From the NCBI GenBank assembly GCA_002269645.1, contig NIVC01002997.1, forward strand, positions 62,001-126,000: a stretch of DNA of 64,000 nt, written 5' to 3'. The translations under genes and the position numbers were made by a program. Shown one piece after another: positions 13,076 through 28,766 of the stretch; position 1 is the first letter of the stretch, and every line of letters begins with the position of its first letter. Origin of the DNA: Macrostomum lignano (lineage: Eukaryota). The notes beneath the pieces are model-generated. The model was given only the letters and a program-made list of their open reading frames with translations, was not told where the DNA came from and did no database searches.

Positions 13076-13617
13076 CGTTTTTCTAACCAGATGCATAGGC
13101 TGGAACTCCAAGGCTTCAGATTGCAGTTCCCAATCCAGAGTCTAATTCCAGAGCCACAATAGTGGCCTAGAAGTCGCTAAAGGCTGGAAAATCCCCAGTC
13201 GCAAATTCGAGTCCTCTTCGCGGCCTCAAGTGACCTCTTCTGTGCAAGCAGTGAAGCTGTGTTATTGCCTCTACATCATCTTGTCACAGTCACAGTCTAA
13301 AATTTATGCTCAAGGCCGAGCTTGAATATTCTCGAGCAGCTAGTGGCTTGAGCTCAATAAACACGGCTATAAAGCACCAGGACTGCCGGTGCAGGGGCTG
13401 CAATGCACTTTTGCCACGTTCACATAATTGGGAATAATGTCCTGCAGTGTAGCGTCCCCGTGATGGCTAGCATTTTTGGAGGTTGACTTTCAGAACGTGT
13501 GACAGAAATGCCTCACCCGGCACCTGGACTCATAATGTATTCCAGAAATAGGCAGTCTGGCTTTTTCTGGCCTGATGCATTATTCATGCAGAGCCTTTTC
13601 TGGTTCTGATCCGCTGT

Positions 13618-14332
<715 letters not shown>

Positions 14333-14916
14333 CGTCCTCATATTTTTAAGGAGTTTTTTAGCGGTGTTGAATGTATATTGTCTTCAAATTAATTGAATCA
14401 ATAACTCCAGCAGTTGATAGGCATTGAGGAACAAGGGGAATGAAATAGTTTTTCATTGATTGCTTTCTGTGTTTTTATATACAAATAAACAGTCTTGAAA
14501 TGAGCCAGCTGTTTAACACAAGCTAATCCGCTTTGACTAAAATCTTCATTTTTCTTCTTCAGTGGATTATAGAGAAAATTTATGTCCGCTTTGATAAAAG
14601 GGAATTATTGCAGCGGATTACCTGCGCCAAAGCAACAATTGTCCCACAAGCCGCCCACGCACTGCACTGAATGTCTGCGCATCAATGGATACCCCCTGTT
14701 TCATTCACAAGCTGTGCAATTTCTGAATTGACGTTCAATCAACAATCAACATTTGTAGGATTCAAATTAATTTGCAATTATAAATATTTTTCTCACTCTC
14801 AGGTTTTTGTTGTAGAGCTACTTTTGTTTGTCAAAAATATCTGAATTCATGGATAGTAATTAACCTGCACGTGCAGAAATTGTTTTCAACTTAATTAAAT
14901 TCGATGGTGCAAGCAC

Positions 14917-15122
14917 TTGCCCTTCCATCGTCACGATCGCCGCTTAAATTGGTCAACCGAATTGAGTACCGATACTGGCACCCATTTTACAGCTGCGTGC
15001 ACTGAAGCAATGCAGAGGCAAGTGTCTTGCTTTTGGACACAATTTTTTTCCGAGTGGGTCGGGAATCGAACCCCCAACCTTCCAGTCGCGAGTCCGAGGC
15101 TCTAACCACAAGGCTACAACAC
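14917..15122 (-). mobile_element. tRNA-derived CORE-type SINE (family A), probably 3'-diverged or truncated
   Basis: The reverse complement has an A box (TAGCCTTGTGG), a B box (GGTTCGATTCC) and a CORE-like block (GCAAGACACTT...TTGCTTCAGT...GCTGTAAAATGG). It is homologous to 17811-18123. Confidence 0.8.
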
Positions 15123-16189
15123 AAATTTATTCAAAAACAGATACTCTTCATCTTACGTTTTTAATATGCAAAGGGAAACAGCTGTGGCCCGTTCACAAGG
15201 TGAGCAGATGCCCAATGTAAGGTGTGAATTATTATTTGTAATAAACTTGAACCACAATTAGGACAATGGTTTAAGCATAGCGCTTACCTAAGCATTATTA
15301 TGCAGTGTCAAGTTTGATCTCGATAGATTTCTAGTACTGATTACAGCACTTTACAGTAAACTAGAATTCTGCGAGTTATTTTGTCTGAAGCTCGCAGAAT
15401 GGGATTCTAGTCCAAGTCTCTAAAAAGGTCCTTGCCGCCGCCTACTGTATTTATGTTTTGCAGCCGGCCAATATATCATTGAAAAAATATTTATACGTCC
15501 TTCACTCCAGTTCACAGCTGCAGAGATGCCTTCAATGATAATAGTACATCGGGCTTGGCTATCCTCAGTCTAGCTATCTTGTTGCGGCTTCTATCGGACC
15601 CGATATGGGAGCTGCAGTCACGCCATGCCCGTGTTTGATATTGGGAATGTATAAGATTTCAACTCTACACACGGCTATGTGTAGGAGCTATAGCGTCGCG
15701 TGTGTTCCATATGCTTCTCAATTGAGCTGTTCCAGATTTTCTTACTATACTGTAGCTATTGCTGAAGGTAATTTGATTCAAAATTCTGTCATACTTCTGT
15801 ACAATCGAATCTGTTGACGTGTTTTTCAGGCTACTGGGTACATCTTTATGCTAGCTTAATTGGTTTAACACAAAGAAGAAAGACGCTATCGGAGCGGCCG
15901 GAGGGAGAAGGGATGCAGATGCAAACTAGAAATCGAGATTGCGAGTAAGAGGTTGGTGCAAAAGCAGACGTAAAAATGTATTGATGCAGACAAGGCGATG
16001 CAGGCACAACGCACGGGCCTAAAATATTTATACTCAGCAACAGTCGAAAGTTCCACCCTCCAAGCGAGATGGATTTTTTTTCACAATTGCGAGTGACGCA
16101 ACTTGCGTCACGGGCAAAGCTTATTGCCACTTGGGGGTGACTTGGGTCTGCTTAATGGTCCAAGATGACAACTGAAAGAACAGCTACAG

Positions 16190-16527
16190 CTGCGCACTCT
16201 GCGCTGGCCTTCCCGGTCCCCAGACATGAATCCCATCGAGCATGTCTCGTGGGACTTCCTAAAACGCAGCATTCGAAAAGAGAATCCACCACAGAATGTT
16301 GCGGAGCTGCGTTATGCTTTTGAAACCGCTTGGCAGCAGCTTCCCCCGGACTTTCTGGGCCGCCTCATCCTGGGGATGCCCCGTAGAGTCGCCGCACTTC
16401 TGCGTGCGAAGGGATCCCACACGCGTTAGTAAGCATCGCGATTCTAACTGAATATTGCATAAAAATAAATTGTAACGATTTTGAGGGATTTGAGCGATTT
16501 TGAGCCGTTTATTTGCGAGAGAGTGTA
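16190..16527 (+). mobile_element. Tc1-family transposase C-terminal remnant with probable right end
   Basis: Translates as WPSRSPDMNPIEH..WDFLKRSI...AWQQLPPDFLGRLILGMPRRVAALLRAKGSHTR*, the Tc1 SPDLNPIE motif and typical C-terminus. Ends ...GAGAGTGTA at about 16527. Confidence 0.8.
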
Positions 16528-17435
16528 ACGACAAAAAGCAGCCGACCTCAGTGGGTCAATAAATACAATATATTTATCTGTGTTGTGTACACGAAGGGCC
16601 AGAGACGTACATTAGGCTTAGGGGGGATGAAAGGTGGCGTGATTGGGTGCTGGTAGAAAATGATTGAAGGGGAGAAAGGGCAGAGGGAATGCGGTGGTTG
16701 CGAAAGTGCAACGACACAACAGTTGTAAGCGCTTTAAGCCCTTTTTAGATTAAGAGTAGTGCCATTGCAGACAGACTGAGTCGTCTATATTGTTGGTTTC
16801 TATCATCTGTGGGTGTAGGTTATCACGGATATGTTATGGTATTTCTCTTCTCAAAAGTACACTGAGCAACATTGAAAAGCTATGACGCAAGGTTTTTCAA
16901 CTCCTCTCTCCAGGCGCATTATTGGGTCTGGAGTGGCCGTTCTCAGAGCTGCTCACATGTAGATTGTATGACATTCAACTAAACAACACAAATACTGAAA
17001 TCCAAGCTGACGGAATGCAGGATATTAACTTTCTATTACAGCTCATAGCCGTTAGAAAGCAGAAATACGCGTGGAAAGATGAGGCGTTGAAAAAAGCAAC
17101 AATGTAATGTCAGACAAAAAATGTTAATGTCGATTTAAAATGATTAAAGGTTCAAAATTGATAAAAAGTGTTCTGATATTTCCGAACCAGCCAGCCAATC
17201 CTGTCAATCACATTAAAATAACAAACTTGCAATTTAAATCGATATAGCAGCAGACTAACAGTCGGGTCAATCTTCAACATTTTTACTCTGGCTAATTAAA
17301 TTTACCATCAAGTCTTCCGGAAAATCTACCCAACCTTTCAGTCCAGCTACCAGTACCAGTCAGTCTTACCTGACAAACTACCAAGCCGTCTAGAATCTAT
17401 CTGGCAGTTTTTCATGTAATCTGCTATTACAGCCA

Positions 17436-17810
17436 GTGGGTTGTAGCCTATTGGTGGGTTTTAGCCTATTGGTGGGTTGTAGCCTATTGGTGGGTTGTAG
17501 CCTATTGGTGGGTTGTAGCCTATTGGTGGGTTGTAGCCTATTGGTGGGTTGTAGCCTATTGGTGGGTTGTAGCCTATTGGTGGGTTGTAGCCTATTGGTG
17601 GGTTGTAGCCTATTGGTGGGTTGTAGCCTATTGGTGGGTTGTAGCCTATTGGTGGGTTGTAGCCTATTGGTGGGTTGTAGCCTATTGGTGGGTTGTAGCC
17701 TATTGGTGGGTTGTAGCCTATTGGTGGGTTGTAGCCTATTGGTGGGTTGTAGCCTATTGGTGGGTTGTAGCCTGGTGGGTTGTAGCCTATTGGTGGGTTG
17801 TAGCCTATTG
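17436..17810 (+). repeat. 18 bp minisatellite (GTGGGTTGTAGCCTATTG) x21, identical in form to the 5' end/A box of the adjacent SINE
   Basis: 20 full units plus one 15 bp unit run directly into GTGGGTTGTAGTCTAGTGG at 17811. Confidence 0.95.
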
Positions 17811-18123
17811 GTGGGTTGTAGTCTAGTGGTCAGAGCGTCGGACTCACAACTTGAAGGTCGGTGGTTCGATTCCCGATCCCACTGGAAAAATTTGTGCCCT
17901 TGAGCAAGACACTTAACTCTCTGCATTGCTTCAGCTCACCCAGCTGTAAAATGGATGCCAGCATTAGCTGGGGTAATTGAGGGTGTGTGTGACGACCCCC
18001 CAGTCCTTGGACTGAACAGCCTTCAGATGCGCCGCGCAATAGCTGCGGCTGAGCTGTCGGTTGCACATCTGGCCCAATTGGAGCAGGTGTAATCAAGTAT
18101 TATTATATTATCATTATTATTAT
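17811..18123 (+). mobile_element. tRNA-derived CORE-type SINE (family A) with (TAT)n tail
   Basis: tRNA-like head (TAGTCTAGTGG; GGTTCGATTCC). The block TGTGCCCTTGAGCAAGACACTTAACTCTCTG...GCTGTAAAATGG resembles the MIR/CORE consensus. (TAT)n tail at about 18098-18123. Confidence 0.82.
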
Positions 18124-18148
18124 AGCCACATAATCCAAGTTCAGTCAG

Positions 18149-22440
<4,292 letters not shown>

Positions 22441-23142
22441 TCTGCTGCGGCAGGGAGCGAATGGGATCTGATCGTTGTCCGTGTCTGCAGCATCCGCCCT
22501 TCAATCTCTTTCTCAGTCCCCAGATTTTGTATCCGCGAGTGCAGTGCTCCACAGAGCCAGCCTGGATTGGCTCGTGTTTCCATGGGGAGCTGAGGGAGGA
22601 GGAGGAGGGAGGCCCCAGGAACTATTTCCCCTTCAGACGCGGGGATGAGATAGGAAATTTAGAGGATATATTTCTCTACAAAGAGAGGGGATTGGGAGAA
22701 GGATGACGATAGGTCGACGAGTGTGAGGAACTCTGAACACGCGACGGGGGGGATTCCTGGCTTACCTAGTTGGCGGGAAAATTCAATTAGCCAGGCGGGC
22801 TAAGACTCTAGATGCAGGATTCTGTTTCCCATTGATCCCCCTCAGCATCTCAAATGAAAAGCTCGTGTCTCATCCTCCCTCATTCCCTCCTCTCCGCTGG
22901 AACCCCTAACAAGTGCCGATTGCTAATAGCCCAGGTATTTTCAATTTAGCCTGTAAGCACGAGCTTTATGAATGCGGAAAAGAATTAGCTATTCAATTTG
23001 CAAATGTTGTTTATCAATTTGCAAATGTGCCTGCGGCTTTGCAAATTTATCGCTAATTAGCTGGTCTTAAACACGGATAAATGTAGTTCATTATTTCTTC
23101 GATTCGCTTGGAAAATTCTTCACAAATTGTTTGGTTTGGGTG

Positions 23143-23657
23143 TAGAATAGGCATAGAATATAGAATAGGCATAGAATATAGAATAGGCATAGAATATAGA
23201 ATAGGCATAGAATATAGAATAGGCATAGAATATAGAATAGGCATAGAATATAGAATAGGCATAGAATATAGAATAGGCATAGAATATAGAATAGGCATAG
23301 AATATAGAATAGGTATAGAATATAGAATAGGCATAGAATATAGAATAGGTATAGAATATATAGAATAAGCATAGAATATAGAATAGGTATAGAATATAGA
23401 ATAGGCATAGAATATAGAATAGGCATAGAATATAGAATAGGCATAAAATATACAGAATAGGCATGCAATATACAGAATAGGCATAGAATACATAGAATAG
23501 AGTATAAAAAATGCATAAGTTATACAGAATAGGCATAGAATATACAGAATAGGCATGGAATATAGAATAGGCATAGAATATAGAATAGGCATAGAATATA
23601 CAGAATAGGCATAGAATATATAGAATAGGCATAGAATATACAATGGAATAGGCATAG
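23143..23657. repeat. 18 bp minisatellite (TAGAATAGGCATAGAATA)
   Basis: Visible tandem units. Confidence 0.96.
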
Positions 23658-24395
23658 TAGACTGTGCAGACCATCTTTTGTTTTAACTTGAGTAACCAGT
23701 TATAAAACAACGATAACTGATGGAGTAGCAAAGATCATGCAATACTGGCAATCCCAGCTCAATGCAAGCACACCGTGATGTTTGTCCTATCCATTCTCCT
23801 CTGTCTACTTGAGTGCAGAATCAATATGTACAGTGCATGCAGAACAAGTTTGCTCTTGTCTGTCTACATGTAGCTAACTAATTGTACTAAATTGTAGCAC
23901 GCACTTAAATACGGCACTCTTGAAGTATAACAAAAAATGATATAATATTCGAATTCACTACTAAATACGATTTCTGTCAGTAGCATACTCTACCGAATAA
24001 AAATTCTTGCTTTAATATATCTGAGCATTTGCGCGCAGTTCAGCCGAACTCTCTCAAGGGTCAGAGAGCGACTCAAAAGGAATTACATTCAGGCAGTAGA
24101 GTTGAGTGAAGCTTGTTGTCAGGCAAGATGCGCAGAAATTCGCCTCGAGAGAGCTCTGGGAGACAGTAAACAGGAGAGCACAGAGCAGCCCCCCCCCCCC
24201 CGATGACCCCCACCACTACGCAGCCTATTTTTTCGAGGACAGAGTTGTATTCTCTCACTCACGTTCACAGGTATATTTAGGGTGGGTCAAAATTTTATTG
24301 CTCAATTTTTTTGTCAATTAGAAGACGTGTGGTCAAATTAATACACCACCGAAGCTAAAAAAAACAATTAGATACTAGAAATTTGAAAGATTTCA

Positions 24396-27300
24396 ATGGA
24401 TTTTCTGCACGCGTTTGAGGACATCGACTCGGACTTCTCCGGTGAGATCACCACCGAGGAGCTGGAGGCTTATTGCAGACGGCACAACTATGAGGATCGG
24501 TTTGTTGAGGTGAGTTAATGCAGACTGAGTTGGAGTGAAGTTCCATTTGCTCAGAGGGAGTTCTTGTGTTTGGACTATTTACGGTGGAATGAGGTTATTT
24601 CATATAACATCCCAGAGTCTGTTGAAGTAGAAAGAACGCTAGAGCTGGAAGCCGGTAAGGAACGTATGCTTGTCGTATCGCTGGTCCATTTGGCATGCTC
24701 TCAAGAAATTTGTCTATGGCAAAACCTCATTCAGCTCTATGCGTTCTCTAGAGCATATTAAATGCAATTAGCGATATGACAAATGCACATTCGTTATCGG
24801 GCTTCCAGCGTACTATTTCCATTTCTGATGTCCACGTCTATGGCAAAGAGACACTTTCGCATTGTTTAGCAATTTGACGATCATTATTCGCATTTTTTAT
24901 GCAGAACAATACATTACTACAAACAATGCATTGTTTTTAGGATCCTTAAACACAAAAACAATGCAAAGAATCAGCGGTCGCAGCGCGTGACAACGATTTT
25001 GTCTATTGCTCGCGCCTACCGGCGCTCGCCAGACAATCGTTGTCACGCACTGGGACCGCTGATTATTTATATTATTTTACTAGCTTTGCAAACTATTTGT
25101 ATTCGTCACTTTCTTAGGTACTTTTCTACTAACGTCGGCTAAACGTCGGTAATGTAAAAGTACCCACTAGCCATCGACGTCGCAGGACGTCAGAAACATC
25201 TCTCCTACGTTGGATTGTTGTAGAGGAATGTACGTTAAAGCGCAGAGTTTATTTTCAGAGGAATAAGTTGCAATAATATTGGAGTGAGTACATTGAACAA
25301 CGCGGATATGGGAGTTATGTCATGTACACTGGAGTGAGTTGCAATGCACATTGAACATTGCGTTGCATGGCACATTGCAATGACTTCCTATACAAGTAGA
25401 GGCATTCACAATTAATTTTAACCGAGATAAACGAGCACTGAAGTTTATCCATTATAATTTCATATTGATGGCAGAAATGGCTACGACTATTCGACCACGA
25501 CAACTCGGGCACGATTACAATCGAGGAGTTTGCGACACTCTCGCCTAGTGCCCAAACAGGAGTACATGTGAGCGCTAGGCGTGCTTCGGCTCTCTTTTGT
25601 GCCGTTTTTTCCGTTTGCTTCTTTGTGAGCTGCCTTTAGGTTCTTTAATAAGAAAGAAATGATGTGACTAAGTAGTGGTGTATGAAAAATTTCGGCAACG
25701 AAATAATGAGCGAAAGTCACTGAAGGAAGAAAAAATACCAGTACAGTAGATATAAAGACATAAGAAACAGCTCGAATATGAACATCAGATCAGCTTTAAT
25801 GAAGGTAATTTAGCTCAGAAAAAGGATTGCGACCGATTTTAGTCCTTAAAAAGCAAAATTTATGATTAAATTGAACAGTAAAATCAGAGAAATAATTCCC
25901 TTTAAACCAGGACAGCTTTGAACTGTTTAGGAATCAATGCAAATTACATTTAGGTCGTACAGAAGGGCATAAAAAATATTGTACAGTGATATAAAGACAT
26001 AAGAAACAGCTCAAATGACATCAGACACTTTGGGTACATTTAGCTCAGAAACGGCTGGACCGATTTTGACCTTACATTTTGACACTTTGAACAGAAACAG
26101 AGCCTTTAGGACAGCTTTGAACTGTTGGACATTGCAAACATTTTGACAGAACGGCATAAAAATTGGACAGAATGACATTTTGACACTTTGGGACAGCAGA
26201 ACGGCTGGACAGAGTGACATTTTGACACTTTGGGACAGCAGAACGGCAGGACAGAGTGACATTTTGAAACTTTGGGACAGCAGAACGGCTGGACAGAATG
26301 ACATTTTGACACTTTGGGACAGCAGAACGGCTGGACAGAGTGACATTTTGACACTTTGGGACAGCAGAACGGCCGGACAGAGTGACATTTTGACACTTTG
26401 GGACAGCAGAACGGCTGGACAGGGTGACATTTTGACACTTTGGAACAGCAAAACGGCTGGACAAAGTGACATTTTGACAATTTGGGACAGCAGAACGGCA
26501 GGACAGAGTGACATTTTGACACTTTGGAACAGCAGAACAGCAGGACAGAGTGACATTTTGACACTTTGGGACAGCAGAAAGGCAGGACAGAATGACATTT
26601 TGACACTTTGGGACAGCAGAACGGCTGGACAGGGTGACATTTTGACACTTTGGAACAGCAAAACGGCTGGACAGAATGACATTTTGACACTTTGGAACAG
26701 CAGAACGGCAGGACAGAATGACATTTTGACACTTTGGACAGCAGAACGGCAGGACAGAATGACATTTTGACACTTTGGACAGCAGAACGGCTGGACAGGG
26801 TGACATTTTGACACTTTGGAACAGCAAAACGGCTGGACAGAATGACATTTTGACACTTTGGAACAGCAAAACGGCTGGACAGAATGACATTTTGACACTT
26901 TGGAACAGCAGAACGGCTGGACAGAATGACATTTTGACACTTTGGGACAGCAGAACGGCAGGACAGAATGACATTTTGACACTTTGGAACAGCAGAACGG
27001 CTGGACAGAATGACATTTTGACACTTTGGGACAGCAGAACGGCTGGACAGAATGACATTTTGACACTTTGGAACAGCAAAACGGCTGGACAGAATGACAT
27101 TTTGACACTTTGGAACAGCAAAACGGCAGGACAGAATGACATTTTGACACTTTGGAACAGCAGAACGGCTGGACAGAATGACATTTTGACACTTTGGAAC
27201 AGCAGAACGGCTGGACAGAATGACATTTTGACAATTTGGGACAGCAGAACGGCAGGACAGAATGACATTTTGACAATTTGGGACAGCAGAACGGCTGGAC

Positions 27301-28115
27301 AGAGTGACATTTTGACACTTTGGGACAGCAGAACGGCTGGACAGAATGACATTTTGACACTTTGGAACAGCAAAACGGCTGGACAGAATGACATTTTGAC
27401 ACTTTGGAACAGCAGAACGGCTGGACAGAATGACATTTTGACACTTTGGGACAGCAGAACGGCAGGACAGAATGACATTTTGACACTTTGGAACAGCAAA
27501 ACGGCTGGACAGAATGACATTTTGACACTTTGGAACAGCAGAACGGCAGGACAGAATGACATTTTGACACTTTGGAACAGCAAAACGGCTGGACAAAGTG
27601 ACATTTTGACAATTTGGGACAGCAGAACGGCTGGACAGAGTGACATTTTGACACTTTGGGACAGCAGAACGGCTGGACAGAGTGATATTTTGACACCTTT
27701 AGAAGTTTGGAACAGTGAAGCGGTCATTGATCATTGATCATTGGATCATAAGCGAGAGCATCAGTGTTCAATCCACTGTCAAACCCTCAGGGAGAAAGTG
27801 CAAACCAATCGGGAAAAGTCCGAAGGCGGCGGCATAATGGACGGCGTGAAAATCATTACGGAAGACCCCGAGCTGTCCGACTCAACGAAAGAAGAGATCG
27901 TTCGCATCGCTCGTCAAGCGCAGGAGCAATTTGTCAACGAGCGCGACATTGCGCGTCACATGAAAGCGCGCCTAGACGACATGTTCGGACGCGCCTGGCA
28001 CGTGATAGTTGGTCGCTACCAGTACGGGTCGTTCTGCACGCACGAGACTGGCAGCCTGTTTCATTTCTACGTGCTGAGAAATGCCGTTCTGGTGTGGAAA
28101 ACGCCGGACTTTTAG
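24396..28115 (+). CDS. Tegumental-allergen-like (TAL) protein: 2 EF-hands + dynein light chain (LC8)-like domain; 3 exons; exon 2 is frameshifted as assembled
   Basis: Exon 1 is 24396-24509 (MDFLHAFEDIDSDFSGEITTEELEAY; donor GTGAGT). Exon 2 is 25475-25567 (KWLRLFDHDNSGTITIEEF; donor GTGAGC). Exon 3 is 27791-28115 (DLC fold: ...ERDIARHMKARLDDMFGRAWHVIVGRYQYGSFCTHE...FHFY). Two extra bases in exon 2 (TTT at 25529, G at 25543) would restore EEFCDTLGLVPKQEYM and the phase into exon 3. Confidence 0.85.
24969..25064. other. Near-perfect inverted repeat / hairpin (about 35 bp arms, 26 nt loop) in TAL intron 1
   Basis: AATCAGCGGTCGCAGCGCGTGACAACGATTTTGTCT pairs with AGACAATCGTTGTCACGCACTGGGACCGCTGATT. 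Confidence 0.85.
26165..27710. repeat. 42 bp minisatellite (GGACAGAATGACATTTTGACACTTTGGAACAGCAGAACGGCT), about 37 units, in TAL intron 2
   Basis: Visible tandem units. The unit length is divisible by 3, which explains the long ORFs in several frames. Confidence 0.97.
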
Positions 28116-28766
28116 CTTCTATGCAGGAAATTTAGACGCTTCAATTTTGAATTCAATTCCAGAGTTTAGGTGATCAGTTTTGTACCTGTACAACATCAAA
28201 ATGATAGTTACTTTACCCACTCTGGGCTAGAAAAATATTGAAAACACTTGTAGGAAATTATTAGCAGTTTTGCAGTCTAAGTGTATCCCTCATCGACACA
28301 TGCTACGCTGTATAGGTAGGCTATATTATGTTAAGTTACTCAAGGACATTGTGCAAAGAATCCCAGATCATATTTTTAACTAGCTTGTACATACGCTCGT
28401 AGCTAGACAAATGTAGCAAATTTCAACTTTCAAATTCAAGCTTCATAGGCTGATGTTGATCATGTGCGGGGCGTCTGTCTCGTCACTACCTGTGGTGGTC
28501 CTTGATTTAGTTTTACCCATCGCATCAAATTGTTTTGATTGACAATTGCTAGAATGGTATCATTGCCACTTTTGCTAAACTCTTGTCTGCTGTGCCGCTC
28601 ACGCTGTTTTGTAGTTTTCTTTAATAAATATAGACGCACAATAAATTATTGAAGTATTCAATATCCGTCGATTTCTCTATAATTCGCTATTTTTTATGAA
28701 GAAATTTTATTTTGAAGATACAAAAAAAGAAATATTATCTCAAACTATTTTATAATGAAAAATATA

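Noticed and set aside
17811-17885. tRNA gene (also at 15050-15122 and at the heads 30210-30282 and 30514-30590)
   Set aside because: The anticodon arms are poorly paired and differ between copies, and each head continues into a shared SINE body. They are SINE heads, not tRNAs.
23053-23731. 200 aa hydrophobic ORFs
   Set aside because: Artefacts of the 18 bp minisatellite.
26011-27737. 500+ aa Cys-rich repetitive ORFs (keratin-associated or adhesive-like)
   Set aside because: They come from a 42 bp intronic minisatellite open in several frames on both strands, inside intron 2 of the TAL gene.
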